Source: Eledone cirrhosa (Eukaryota). Taken from it: DNA of 64,000 bases. Where the stretch lies: assembly GCA_964016885.1 (NCBI GenBank), contig OZ024741.1, forward strand, positions 75,020,001 to 75,084,000, written 5' to 3'. Within the stretch, counting starts at the first letter, position 1, and the number at the start of each line of letters is the position of its first letter. Of the stretch, positions 27,195 to 39,940 are shown in pieces. A model generated the notes under the pieces. The model saw nothing but the letters and a program-made list of their open reading frames with translations, had not been told where the DNA came from and did not search any database. The translations under genes and the position numbers were made by a program.

Positions 27195-28380
27195 TCTATA
27201 TTATAAAGCTGACGGCCGTATGTATGTAACAAACTTTTCGCCAAATGGCTGGACCAAACAGCACCAAATTTGCACCATAGATGTAACTTTTTCCAAGTAA
27301 GAAAGTTTCGTTAAAAGATTAAAGATATTTTATCGTTTATTTAAATATTCACTTCTTTAAAATTTTCAAATGTCACCACTTCCAGTTATACGACATTCCC
27401 CTCTCTTTCTTAGTCTGTCTTTTTAGACATAGCTATAACGCTGCACCCTTATAATATATCTCTGTATGTCTGGCTGTCTGCATTAGATACATAGCTATAA
27501 CATCGCATGCTTATAATATTTGTGTGTCTTCATGAACCAAAATATCGTCTTCCTGTTTTCCTTCGGTTGCAACGTTTTTCGAAATATTTACTTTTGCATT
27601 CAGAGATTGATTTTTTTAGTTTCAGAAGATCCTATTAAGGGTGAAAGCAGCGATTCTTTGCTTAAACTTTAATCTGTTATTTTAATATATATATATAATT
27701 ATATATTCGTGTACAGATATTTTTGCATCACAAAAACAAATTATAAACAAATGTATTTATTTCATGAAAGCATAGCCGGCTTATCGTCATTGTTGCTGCC
27801 GATATGCCACCCAAAAAGTCCCAACCTGGCCGCAAGATCAGATTTTCCAGAAGAAAAAATGTTACTAAAGCAACAGAGAGACTAAGCTTCGCGATTACCA
27901 TCGACAAAGCTCAGGGTCAAACCTTAAAAGTGGCTACCCTTCATCTGGGAAAACCATGCTTCTCCCATAGTCAATTGTATGTAGGATGCTCTAGGGTGAG
28001 CTCGCCAAACAATCTCTTCATCTTTGCTCCTGAGGGCCGAACAAAAAATATTGTATACTCTGAGGCTCTAACAATGTAATTTATGTATTTTCTGTTACTT
28101 GGAATTTCCATTATGGTTGTATAAATTATTGTTAAGTTTTTTAAAAATGTCTTCTCTGTTCAGCCTTTATTGTTGTAACTATCAATTTTCTTTAACGTAT
28201 TGACTGCTGAACTAGGGAATCCTAAAAACTATTCAAACCCAACATCAGAGCACATTCCCCCCACCCCCTCCCTGACTTGAGAGGGCCTGCGGTATCTTTG
28301 CACCAGAGTGGAGGAGGGGATTCCTGAAAAGATAAAATGCCGGTATACCTAGCCGGACGTCAGCCGGACAGGCCAGCTCG
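27195..28380 (+). mobile_element. Non-autonomous Helitron with PIF1 helicase C-terminal remnant
   Basis: 5' A|TCTATATTATAAAG; helicase segment LSFAITIDKAQGQTL...FSHSQLYVGCSRV...TKNIVY; GC-rich 3' end finishing CTCG|T (CTAG-like). Confidence 0.75.
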
Positions 28381-28429
28381 TAACAAAATAACAGGCATCC
28401 AATCTTTTGATTGTTAGCATTACACTCTC

Positions 28430-28773
28430 ATTGTTGTGGTTGTTGCTGTTGTTGTTGTTGTGACTGTTACTGTTGTTGTTGTTGTTACTGTTGTTGTTGT
28501 GGTTGTTGTTGTTGTGGCTGTTACTGTTGTGGCTGTTACTGTTGTTGTGGTTATTGCTGTTGTTGTGGTTATTGCTGTTGTGGTTATTGCTGTTGTGGTT
28601 ATTGCTGTTGTGGTTATTGCTGTTGTGGTTATTGCTGTTGTGGTTATTGCTGTTGTTGTGGTTATCACTGTTGTTATGGCTGTCGCTGTTGTTACTGTTG
28701 TTGTTGTGGCTGTTGCTGTTGTGGCTGTTGTTGTGGCTCTCACTGTTGTTGTTGTTGTTGTGGTTATTGTTGT
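28430..28773. repeat. (GTT)n-derived repeat with 15-bp higher-order unit
   Basis: gttgtggttattgct repeated within a GTT tract. Confidence 0.9.
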
Positions 28774-29449
28774 TAAACATGATCATTGTTTGGGTTTGTT
28801 TTAGCTTTTCTTCTTTCCTCATTTTGCAATGATTGCAAAATGATTCTTTTATTATCATTTAGTATCATTCTAGCATCTTTTGATATTTTAGACATGACAT
28901 GCAACAATCCCAGAACACCATTATATGCTTTAAAGAATCATAATTGCAACCATCAGAACTCATGTTACCACAGTGATTAATACACTGGTGCATGTTGTTG
29001 TATGTAGTTGTGTCTTCATAATTTGGATTAGCTCCGTAATTATAACTCCACCAATCGAGTGGACAGCAACTTGTTTGGAATACTGATTATCACCATATTT
29101 CATTCACCTTTCAGTTTATTTTATTCTTTTACTAGTTTCATTTTTAAAACTGCAACCATGCTGGGGCACTGGCCTGAAAAGATTAATTTAATCATATCAA
29201 TCACAGTAGTATTTGGGGTGGAGGTGGGGTTACTTTGGTGCTTATTTTTTGGACCTCTTTTTTGCTAAACCACAAAGTTATGGAGTAAACAGTAAATATA
29301 AACACAATCATGGTCTCATGGTCATACACATACATATATATATATGTGTGTGTGAGTGTATTCATACATACTCACATGCATATATATACACACACACACA
29401 TATACATATGTATATATGCATATGTGTGTGAATGTATTGTGTGTGTGTA

Positions 29450-30650
29450 TTCGGTTGTAACAAAAGTTCATAGCGTTTTTAAAGTAAAATTCATTACTAA
29501 TATTTAAATAGTTGTACATATCTTTAATCCTTTAATCAACCTCATATTTTCCATTTTGTTCCACTACTATTCGCCATCTTTGAGGCAACTTCATGATCCC
29601 ATCCACCTGGAACTTGGCATCTTTCTGGGTCATGAACTGGTCTAGGAAGTTTTTGCAATCTTCTGAAGAATCGAAGTTCTTCTCATTAAGAAAATGTTGA
29701 AGGGATTGGAATAGATGATAATCTGAAGATACATGGGCAAGTGAATACAATGGGTGTGGTAGGACATCCAAGCCAAGATGTACCAATTTTTGCTAAGTCT
29801 GCAAAAAACGTGTGGTTCAGCGTTGTCCCCATTTATGACCACACCTTTCTGGTTTGCCAATTCTGGACATTTCTCATTGCTTACCTCCTTTAATTGGTCT
29901 AATTGAGAACAATAATAGTCTGAATGTAATGACTGATTTCATGGAAGGAGCTCATAATATGTAACACTCTTCCAATCCCACCTGATACAGAGCATTACCT
30001 TCTTTGGATACTGACCAGATTTTGGACTGGTTGAAGGTGTTTCATTTTGTTTTCTCCACATTGCTGCAAGCAATTCATTTTTCATCGCCCATGATCATTC
30101 TTTTCAGAAATGGATCATTTTTGTTTCGTTTGAGCAAAGGTTCACAGATGGAAGTGTGCTGTATCAATTTTTTTTTGTTAAATTATGGGGCAAACATCAG
30201 AGCATCCAAATATTTTCAAATATCTTGTAATGTTCATATGAGATATGTAAAGTTTTTCTCTCATGTCTCACGTTGTTTTAACTGGATTATTTTTCGTTAA
30301 AGTTTCAATTTGCTCATTATCAATGACTATAGGCCTGTCTGAATCTTTGAGTTCATAATTTTCAACTATAAACCTAGTGAACCATTTGTGAATAGTACTA
30401 TCTGCTATGGTACTATCTCCATAAACACCACTTATCATTTTCACTGTTTGTGCAATATTCTTTTCTTTCCATTTTCAATTTTATTGTAAACACAGGAGAA
30501 GTAAATAATCCACATAATATTTAGATAGAAAAATGCGTTAAGATCTCCTCTTTCAGAAAATATGTCATATGCTTCTGTCACATGATCAACTGAATCACAT
30601 GATTAAAAACAACCAATAGAAAAACTCTACAAACTTCTGTTACAACCCAA
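29450..30650 (-). mobile_element. Mariner DNA transposon, decayed, with TIRs and TA flanks
   Basis: TIRs TA|ttcggttgtaacaaaagttc and aaacttctgttacaacccaa|TA. Minus translation VLPHPLYSLAHVSSDYHLFQSL...GIMKLPQRWRIVVEQNGKY is YSPDLAPSDYHLF-like. Confidence 0.9.
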
Positions 30651-30916
30651 TATATATATATATGTGTGTGTATATCACAAGCATGAACCTACACTGTTTG
30701 TACTGCACTCTTTGTTATTGTTTTTGTTTTTTGTTTTTAACTTATATATATATATATATAATACAATATATAGAGGGGAAAGACACAGAAGAGTGTGTTT
30801 TTCATTAGAGGAATTCAAACCACCAGTGTGAAGAGAATATAAGCTACTAGAGGCATAGGTAAAACATTAAAATTAAAAGTATAAATTGAAATGAGAAACC
30901 AACCTCACCTAAATCA

Positions 30917-30993
30917 CACATGTACACACTCACCAGGAGCATGTTTCGCCATTTTAGTGGGTCCAATACGGCCCGGTGGGTCATCAGCATGTG
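30917..30993 (-). ncRNA. Type-I hammerhead ribozyme motif
   Basis: Reverse complement of 31311-31387. Confidence 0.75.
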
Positions 30994-31310
30994 GAAGGCC
31001 GATATTGTCCGCACTACAGAACAAGCTGCTAGAGATGGCAGCCTATACTATTCAATTTATGGTGCTCAACAGCAGAGAGAGCGCAAGGAGCAAATATCAA
31101 GTAAAAATAACGGAGCAAAGGACTCGCGTATAATCTTGTAATTAAATGATCTCAAAGGAAATAGTTTTCCTGGGCACTTTGAAATACAATATTTTATTTT
31201 TACTTGATATTTGCTCCTTGCACTCTCTCTGCTGTTGAGTACCATAAATTGAATAGTATAGGCTGCCATCTCTAGCAGCTTGTTCTGTAGTGCGGATAAT
31301 ATCGGCCTTC

Positions 31311-31387
31311 CACATGCTGATGACCCACCGGGCCGTATTGGACCCACTAAAATGGCGAAACATGCTCCTGGTGAGTGTGTACATGTG
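31311..31387 (+). ncRNA. Type-I hammerhead ribozyme motif
   Basis: cacatg-CTGATGA-c cca...tgg c-GAA-acatgctc ctggt gagtgtgt-A-catgtg: 6-bp stem I, 8-bp stem III, GUA site. Confidence 0.78.
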
Positions 31388-31577
31388 TGATTTAGGTGAG
31401 GTTGGTTTCTCATTTCAATTTATACTTTTAATTTTAATGTTTTACCTATGCCTCTAGTAGCTTATATTCTCTTCACACTGGTGGTTTGAATTCCTCTAAT
31501 GAAAAACACACTCTTCTGTGTCTTTCCCCTCTATATATTGTATTTTAAAGTGCCCAGGAAAACCATTTAATTACAGG

Positions 31578-31622
<45 letters not shown>

Positions 31623-31954
31623 TAATGTGTTAACTGATTAGAGTTGTGCAATCCACACTCCAATCAGTCAATGGTGATGCTGTTGATAGAATAAAGCACT
31701 CCATGACATGTACCAACCTAAGTGTGTTTTGGTAGTGCAGGGCATACTATACATATAGTAAGTATTAGTGAAGGCCATATGAAATTGTGAATAAATTTAC
31801 TCAGCATTTATACATAATTTTCTGGGTTGATGACTAGGTGATGTGATTACCATGTAACTGTCAGCCTGAGTTCATTAGAGATAAAAACAACCAACTTCTA
31901 AAGCTAATCAATAGGAGTTGCCTGCATAGATCCTGTTCCCATCTAGCTGGCTAT

Positions 31955-33495
31955 ATCACCATCATCACCTTTTAACGTTTTTTTTCCATGCTAGCATAGG
32001 TTAGACGAGCTGTTCTATTGTGTGACAAGCCAGGTCGGATACATACAAAACTGATTTTGGCTTGGTTTTTATGGTTGGATGCCCTTCCTAATGCCAACCA
32101 CCTTTACAGTGTGTACTGGATCTTTTTGTCATGACCCCTACATGAACACTTTATAGTGTGGACTGGGTGCCTTTTGTTGTGATGCCTACACGACCACTTT
32201 ACAGTGAGAGCTAGGCACTTTTTGATGTGTCAACAACACAACCACTTTAGAGTGTATGCTGGGCATTTTTTTTTTTGTGACACCTACATGACCACTTTAC
32301 AGTGTAGACTGAGTGCTTGATGTTGTGGCACCAAAACAATCACTTTTCAGTGTGGAATAGGGACTTGGGTCAAGAAGGTGAATGGGGATTGGGGAGGTAG
32401 ATCTAGGGACATGGGTGAGGGGTGGTGTGTTAGGACGAGGGTAGGATATTACAACATGGGAAGGGTGATGGAGGTGTATGGGGTGCATACTAGATGCATG
32501 CCTCAGCCCTTGCACACGGGAGGCAGGACTTCTGTATTACTGCATAACACCAGAGATCATGGTCCTGCATCATCGCATTGAGTGGTGCAATTGTGCAAGG
32601 TCAGCTTTTATCACCTCATTCCAGTCTTCCTATTCTTCCTCATTCCAGTCTTCCTATTCCATAGCTTCCATCAACTTTGATTGCTCTGCACCTTTTTATA
32701 CAGCTGTCATCCTTCATATGTATCATATGTCCATACCAATGCAATCTCCTCTCCTGCACACTGCATCTGATCCCTCTTATGCCCAATTTCTCTTTTAGTT
32801 CATTTATGCTCTGCTGTCCATATATATTACTATTAATCATCCATCGAAACATGGAAGCTTCATTTCTTTCCAGTCTTCACAGATCCTCTGCATACAGTGC
32901 CCAGGTCTCATTACCCAGCAACATTGGTGTTCATGTTCAGGCATCATAAAATCTGCCTTTCATTTTGAAGATAACAGCAATAACTCCCTGAATAACTCAT
33001 TCTCACTCTGGCTACTGTGCTTTCGGAACACCTACCTCCACTGCTAATTTGGTCACTCAGGTAACAGAAACTAGCAACTACTTCTACAGAACCCTCTGGG
33101 CATCTGAAGGAGCTTGTATCCTGTGGGCTCTTGCTACTTACTGCACCTGTGCAATGGCCGCATGTAAAACATACTTTCTTTGTTAGCCTGCCTAAAATCT
33201 CATTACATCTTTTGTGTACCCAATGTGTGCATTTGGGACATAGGATGGAATGTCTAACTACGCCTTTTCTGTACACTGAACAAGGCCATTTTCCTGAGGG
33301 AATCTGGGCTCTGTTTCTTTTCTACATACTATAACTTTGGTCTTTGGCAAGTTAACTTTAACACCTTTTGATTCTAGGTCATGCTTGAAGGTTTGGAAAT
33401 TCTTCTCTAATTCTGCCATAGATTCAGCTATAAGGGTTAGATCTTCTGTATACAGGAGTTCCCATGGGCAGCCAGTTGTAAACTCCTCTGTTATA
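31955..33495 (-). mobile_element. RTE-clade LINE 3' part, decayed
   Basis: CPKCTHWVHKRC, FCYLSDQISSGG, ERRLHWYGH, and a (GAT)n-type tail. Confidence 0.85.
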
Positions 33496-33856
33496 GTTTT
33501 TTCGCCTATGTAAATGGGCTGATTAGCCTCATTTGCATATGAAGCTATACAGGCCGGCTCAGCTTGATAGTAGAATTAAAATTTTCACTCTGTCATAGCT
33601 GTACACATATAAGTATTTCAATGTTGTATATCTAATGATATACAGTATGTTTACGGCAAACACTGTCTAGCAGATTCCAGCAGAATTGGGGGGGGGGGGA
33701 CTGTAGCGGGTTTCAGCAGAATTAGCGGGGGGGGGGGGGGGGGGGGCAACAGCCAATGTGTTTATGGCTCTGGATGGTGCTTCCCCTGATGTCTGCTGGA
33801 ATTTGAGACAGGAGAAAATATATATTTTTTTTTAGTATATATATGAGTGTATATAT

Positions 33857-34837
33857 ATCATCATCATCATCATCATCATTTTACGTCTGCTTTTCCCTGC
33901 TTGCAAGGGTGGGACAGGTCCTATTCAGCACAGCATCTCTCCACTTGTCACGGTCCTTTGTCATCTCCACCGTAAGCTTCAGCGATCTGAGGTCTGCTCT
34001 CACCACCGCCACCCATGTTTTTCGAGGTCTTCCTCTACTACGTCTTCCTTCAACTGGCATTTCTTGGCATTTCTTTACCCAGTGGTCAACCTCCATGCGC
34101 ATCACATGTCCATACCATCGCAGTCTTCTCTCCCGCACACTACAACTTATCCCTCTTAAACACAGTTTCTCTCTCAACACATCCATGCTCGGCCGTTCAC
34201 GCACATTGACATTGCACATCCAACAGAGCATGCTAGCCTCATTTCTCTCCAACCGTCGCATATCCTCTGCAGTTGCTGCCTATGTCTCACTACCATGCAG
34301 CATCGCGCACCTCACTCAGGCATCATATAACCGGCCTTTTGTATGCAGGGAGAAACCCTTCTTCATCAGTAGAGGAAGCAGCTCCCTAAACGTCTTCCAG
34401 CTCGTCCTTATTCTAGATACTATGGCCTCAGTACATCCCGCTCCCATGCCAATCTGATCACCTAGGTACCGGAAGCTATCAACCACTTCTATAGAACCCA
34501 CCTACATTTGAAAAATGTGTCTATCACTGCGACTTCTACTGTCAAATTTCCCTGTACATCTACTGCATACGTATTTTTCTCTACTTGTTAGTTTGCCTGC
34601 CATCCAACTACATCTCTTGTGTACCCAAGATCTGCATTGTGTACATTTTATAGAATTTATGTCAGTTCATTTCCTACATATCGAACATGGCCATTTCCCT
34701 GACGGAATCAGAGTTTTGTCCTCTTTTCTACTCATCAACACTTTTCTCTTAGCTAGGTTCACTCTCAGTCCTCTTGCTTCCAACTGCTTTTTCCATAGCC
34801 AGAATTTATTCTCCAGCTCTTCTACTGATTCTGCTAT
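33857..34837 (-). mobile_element. RTE-clade LINE 3' part
   Basis: SFRYLGDQIG, RRLERNEASMLCWMC, RRLRWYGHV, RGRPRKTW, and a (GAT)n tail. Confidence 0.9.
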
Positions 34838-35099
34838 ATATGTGTGTGTGTGTATATATATATATGTATATAATGTGTGTGCGTATATAAATACATATAT
34901 GTGTGTATATATATATACATGTATATAATGTGTATGCGTATATAAATACATATATATGTGTGTATATATATCTATATAATGTGTGTGTGTATAAATACAT
35001 ATGTATGCTCGCATGAAAGATGAATGTTAAACGATGATGATGATGATATATATATATGTATATATACACACATATATATGAATTTTTTAATACTTATAT

Positions 35100-35408
35100 C
35101 ATCATTTCATTTTACGTCTGCTTTTCCCTGCTTGCAAGGGTGGGATGGGAACTGATTCTGGCCTGATTTCTACAGCTGGATGCCCTTCCTAACACCAACC
35201 TCATTTACAGTAAGTGCTGGGTGCCCTTTTGCCGTGGCACCTCCACGACCCCAGTCCCTATCATCTCATTTCTACAGCTGAGTAAACTGGAGCAATGTGA
35301 AATAAAGTGTCTTGCTCAAGAACACAACACATCACCCGGTCGGAGAATTGAACTCACAACCTTTCGATTGCAAGGGCCAATGCTCTAACCACTAAGCCAT
35401 GTGCCTCC
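35100..35408 (-). mobile_element. tRNA-derived SINE with RTE-derived 3' tail
   Basis: Reverse complement head tggcttagtggttagagca...gtgagttcaattctc has A and B boxes, followed by cttgagcaagacacttta. The 3' end matches the RTE end at 33877-33915. Confidence 0.75.
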
Positions 35409-35559
35409 ATTATATATATATATAAATGCACAAATCATTTTGGATTTCAATATTTATACCCAACAAAGTCCTAAATTTTACCCACCTTTGAACACACTAT
35501 CTGATTTCTCTAGACAAAGCATAGTAACTAGAATAATAACAGGATAGTAAAAGTGAAAT

Positions 35560-35830
35560 GAGCTACAGCTTCAGTTGATAACAAAAGTATTTTCTCTCTG
35601 AGCGAAGGGTTGACTCTATGATCCTTGCATGAGGAATGTGATATTCTATGCCAGTGGGACATGGGTTGTAAATGTAGAGGATATGAGAAGGGTGGAGAGA
35701 AATAAAACGAACATGCTTCATTGGATATGCAATGTTAGTGTACATGAATGACAAGGTATGGGTGAATTGAGAGAAAAACTGGATACAAAAGGAATCAGAT
35801 GTAATGTGCAATCGCATGATCAACAGTGCT
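35560..35830 (+). mobile_element. Decayed RTE fragment
   Basis: MLHWICNVSVHE..ELREKL..KGIRC. Confidence 0.65.
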
Positions 35831-36007
35831 TCACTGGAACCCTGCAAGGACAAAAATGCAACTGATAGTTAATAAGTTGGAAAAAATACAGGGGAAGAAT
35901 GGTTGTTTATAGGTCTAATCAATCAGGGCTGACCTGTGGTTAAACAACACCAGCAACAATGATGATGATTATGACAACTGCAACTACTACAACAACTGCT
36001 GCTTCTG

Positions 36008-36052
<45 letters not shown>

Positions 36053-37884
36053 AGGCAGCCACTACTACAACAACAACAATGGCAACAAAAGTAACAACAA
36101 CACTGACAGCATTGAGGGCAACTACAACAACAGCAATAACTACTATTATAAGAGCAACAAAGACAACTACAACAAGGATGACAAATTCAACAACAACAGT
36201 AATAACCACAAAAACAACAGCAATAACAGGAATTGCACCCAATATACAGGCAATAGCAATAACATCAATACAACCACCAATAAGAAACCACCAACAAACA
36301 GCTCTCATGATGCGACAACTGATTACGTCAGGTTTTTTCTATAAAATTCAAATGGCAGGTCTCTTTGTTGTGCTCTACTCTTTACATGAGTCAAGGTTTG
36401 TTTATGAATGTAGCTGATTAGCTCTTACTGCCCAGTCTCTATAACTGCAAACTTTGAAGTTAAATGTTCTCTCTCTCTCCTTATATATTTGTATCCACCT
36501 ATCTACCTATATATCTACTATCTTTCTCTCTGTCTATCTATCTACTGACTAACTAATCTACCTCTATCTATCTATCTATCTCACCCTTGTGGCAAATAAA
36601 GAAATCTATCTATCTATCTATCTATCTAAATACCTATCTATAATTCCTGTAATTCGAAGGTCTAGCCTTGCCACACACTGTGTCATGTTGAATTTCTCTG
36701 ATAATCATGTTAAGTGGTAAATATGATTGCAGAATACTTAACCACTTACACTACAATACAAGCTGGATAGTACCTGTAATTCAACAGACCAGCTTTTTCA
36801 CATATGATGTCATGCTGAATCTCCCTGATAATTAACATTAAGTGGTACACATATCTGAGGAATGCTTAGCCATTTGTAAACTAATTACACAAGCAAGCTG
36901 TTCTGTTGATCGAGCAGCTGGAACACTCATCATCGAAACTGTTGGAGGTTCATTCTTAACCAAATCAACAACTACCAAATAAATATTAAAGATTGAATAA
37001 GTACAGAACATGATATATTTTGCTGTAATTTCATCAGTGACATTGCACATTCATGTCTATATTCCTTACAGCAGAGATGATAAAATACACAGCTGATACA
37101 GAATACAGCTGAGGTTATATATAAGTTATGGTGGTGTTTGATACTGCTGTTGCTGTTATTATTGGTGTCTTGTTTTTCTTGATGTTACCTTTGTTACTGT
37201 TGGTGTAGTAATAGTAGCTGTTGTTGTTTTATCATGATAACAACACTACCACTTTACAGAGTGTATTGGGTGCCTTTTATTGTGGCACCAGCACTAAATA
37301 GGTTTTTGTGTCCTTCACAAGAGCAGAGACTCCTCTGTACTCTGTTGACTTGGTTCATTCATCAGCCTGTCATCTCCATTGCAGATCTCTCTTCTCCCGC
37401 CAGTCTCTGATCCTGCACCACAAAATCTGTCCTAAATATCTCAGGTAAAAAGATTACCACAAAAGATTTGTCTTCCTTTTAATTCTTAACATTCTGTAAT
37501 TATTTAAAAGAAAATTACTTTAAAAAAAGGTTTGTTAATTCAAATGTTTAGAGTGTCTTTACAGATCATTGGGAAAAACTTACAGCATTAAAGTAGAGAC
37601 TTCAATTTTTGATGTGGTGTATTCATAGTGCTGTTTTACACTATTCAAAGATGATTTGCTAATGCAGTGTGATGTGGCACATGATGTTATTAGTTAATAT
37701 AGCTATGTTGAGCACACTTATAGAAAATGGTCAACAATATTATTTCTGTATGAAATGATTTCAGCTAAGTATAAAAATCTGCACTCTGTATCTTCTCCAC
37801 AAAATAGTTTTGATAATTGAAATAGTATTATATGATTAAATGCTATTTTGGTAACTTAAGGTATAGTTAGTAGTTCTTTCTTTT

Positions 37885-38500
37885 TGGCAGTACCGGTAGA
37901 GGGTTGGATGCCATGCTTTGCAGCAAAGAATTACGGCGCTTTATGGTCTGAGTTCAAATCCCGTCGAGGTTAACTTTGCCTTTCATCCTTACGGGGTCAA
38001 TAAAATAAAGTACCAGTAATACATTGGGATAATTGTTGGCCTTGTGCCAAAAGCAGAAACAATTATTATTATATTTATTTTGGAACCTCGGGATCAAGAT
38101 CACAAACAAAGTCCAACACAACTGCCTGGATATTGTTGTAAAAACAAACAACCACACCAAATGGACACTAATTTATATTGCAGTCCCTCAAGACCCCAAT
38201 GTGGCTGAAAAGGAACTGGAAAAGATCAATAAGTATGCAGACCTTTCAGGTGCTATTAGATCACCATGTAGAGACAGAAGCCAAGCCAATCATCATTGGG
38301 TCACTAGGCATGGTACCTAAATGCCTTATGTATTTTATCAAAAGCCTTGGGATCCCAGACTTCATAGGCAGTGCCTAAATTACTACCATCACTAGCGCTG
38401 TCAGAATTCTGTGCTATATATTGAGCCTCTGATATCAGGAACTGATCTGAGGCAATTAATGCTTCACCTAGCAAACAATTGCTAGAGAAACCTTACAAAA
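37885..38500 (+). mobile_element. SINE followed by a divergent RLE-type (R4-like) 3' fragment
   Basis: SINE at 37885-38070, then HNCLDIVVK...IAVPQD...ELEKINKYADL...PIIIGSLG. Confidence 0.7.
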
Positions 38501-39169
38501 AAAAGTTATATTATTATTATTATTATATGTCATTACTGCATTACCAAGCACAGGTGTGTACCTTGGGTAAGTGCACATGACTGGATTTAAAAGTTGGGGG
38601 CTGGGTTATTTCAGGTTAAATGAGGCAGGCACGTAAGGTTTTGGAGCCCTGGGGCTCAGGTTTGTGGGGGGCCCTCATACAAAAAAAAAATAATAATTAA
38701 ATAATGCAACCCTCAAGTTTACATTTCAAAGTTTGCTTGGCACATGTAATTGGAATTGTTAAGTTATACATACAGATGTTAAATGAAAAAAATCTAACCA
38801 AAAATAAAAATGAAAAGTTGTCTAAAAAATAAAACCATCAGTGGCATGCATTTGGTAGTCTTTAGGTGCATCTATTTTACTAGGCTCCACTACAGCTGAT
38901 AAGGCACCCAGCTGATGATGGGGGAGGGGGCAAATGCCCCATCTTCCCTACTAATAACTCCAGCTCTGTATGTGCAGAGTTGTTTTTGATGTTTTTGTTC
39001 CAATTTTATTGAGATTACTCTTCGTAATAGGTATGCAGTGCTTAGTAGTACTATTTTCTGTATGTTGTATATATTTATAGGTCCTGGGGTTTTGGTTATC
39101 TATCTCTGTGTGTGCGTTTTTTTAAATTATTCTCCAAAGCACATTACTATTATTATTCTTACTACTATT

Positions 39170-39400
39170 ATTAGGTTGGTGGATTGGCAGACTTGTTAGA
39201 GTGTGAAATAACATGCTTCGTGACATACTTACGTCCCTTTATGTTCTGAGTTGAAATCCTGCTAAGGTTAGCTTTGCCTTTCATCCTTACGGGGTCGATA
39301 AATAAAGCACCAGTAATGGACTGGGGTTGATTTAATTGACTCTCTCCCCGCCCAAAAAAAATTGCTGGCCTTGTGCTTAAAGTAGAAAAAATTATTATCA
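39170..39400 (+). mobile_element. tRNA-derived SINE
   Basis: Same family as 9775-10260. Confidence 0.8.
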
Positions 39401-39420
39401 TTATTATTATTATTGTTATT

Positions 39421-39930
39421 CTTTGAGTCTCAGTCATTGATGTTATTTAACTGGAAAGTTTGTTGAAAGGAATATCAAGCCACTACCTGCAGCCTCAGAC
39501 ATTCATGACATATGCCTCAGACATTCAGCAAGCATGCCTTTTTAAGTGTTCCAAAAAGCAGGGCTGGGCTAATCTTCTTTAACCATCCTTGGAAACTCTT
39601 TTAGATAGTACCTAGTGCTCCTATGACAATCGGGAGACCTAGATTTCATGTCAGTTCCAAATCCTTTTTAACTCCCACTTTAAATCCTGGTATCGGTTAA
39701 TTTTCTCCCTCTCCTTTTCTTGCACTCTCGTGTCAAATGGGCAGGCTACATCTACAATCAGGCACAATCTTTTTTCCTTGTCCAAAACCACCAGGTCAGG
39801 CCTATTGTGTTCTAATTTCTTGTCCGTCTATATCCTAAAATCCCATAGCACCTTCACCTGATCGTTTTCTATCACCGACTCTGGCTTATGTTCATACCAC
39901 TTCTCAGAATGTGGTAAATTGTTTACTTTA
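39421..39930 (-). mobile_element. R4/Dong 3' fragment
   Basis: Reverse complement of about 26460-26970. Confidence 0.9.
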
Positions 39931-39940
39931 TTATTATTAT

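Larger units (their letters stand above)
30761..31580. mobile_element. Non-coding foldback element between (TA)n, with a hammerhead in each arm
   Basis: About 30761-31110 is the reverse complement of about 31195-31543. About 31130-31192 is also inverted at 31535-31580. Confidence 0.85.

Noticed and set aside
28349-28858. Poly-Cys/Asn/Thr/Val/Leu ORFs (metallothionein- or mucin-like look)
   Set aside because: The trinucleotide-derived repeat is open in most frames.
30891-31413. Duplicated 80/115-aa ORFs on opposite strands
   Set aside because: They follow from the inverted repeat, show no recognisable domain, and overlap the hammerhead antisense.
35940-36417. Thr-rich and Val-rich ORFs
   Set aside because: (ACT)n/(ACA)n microsatellite translation.
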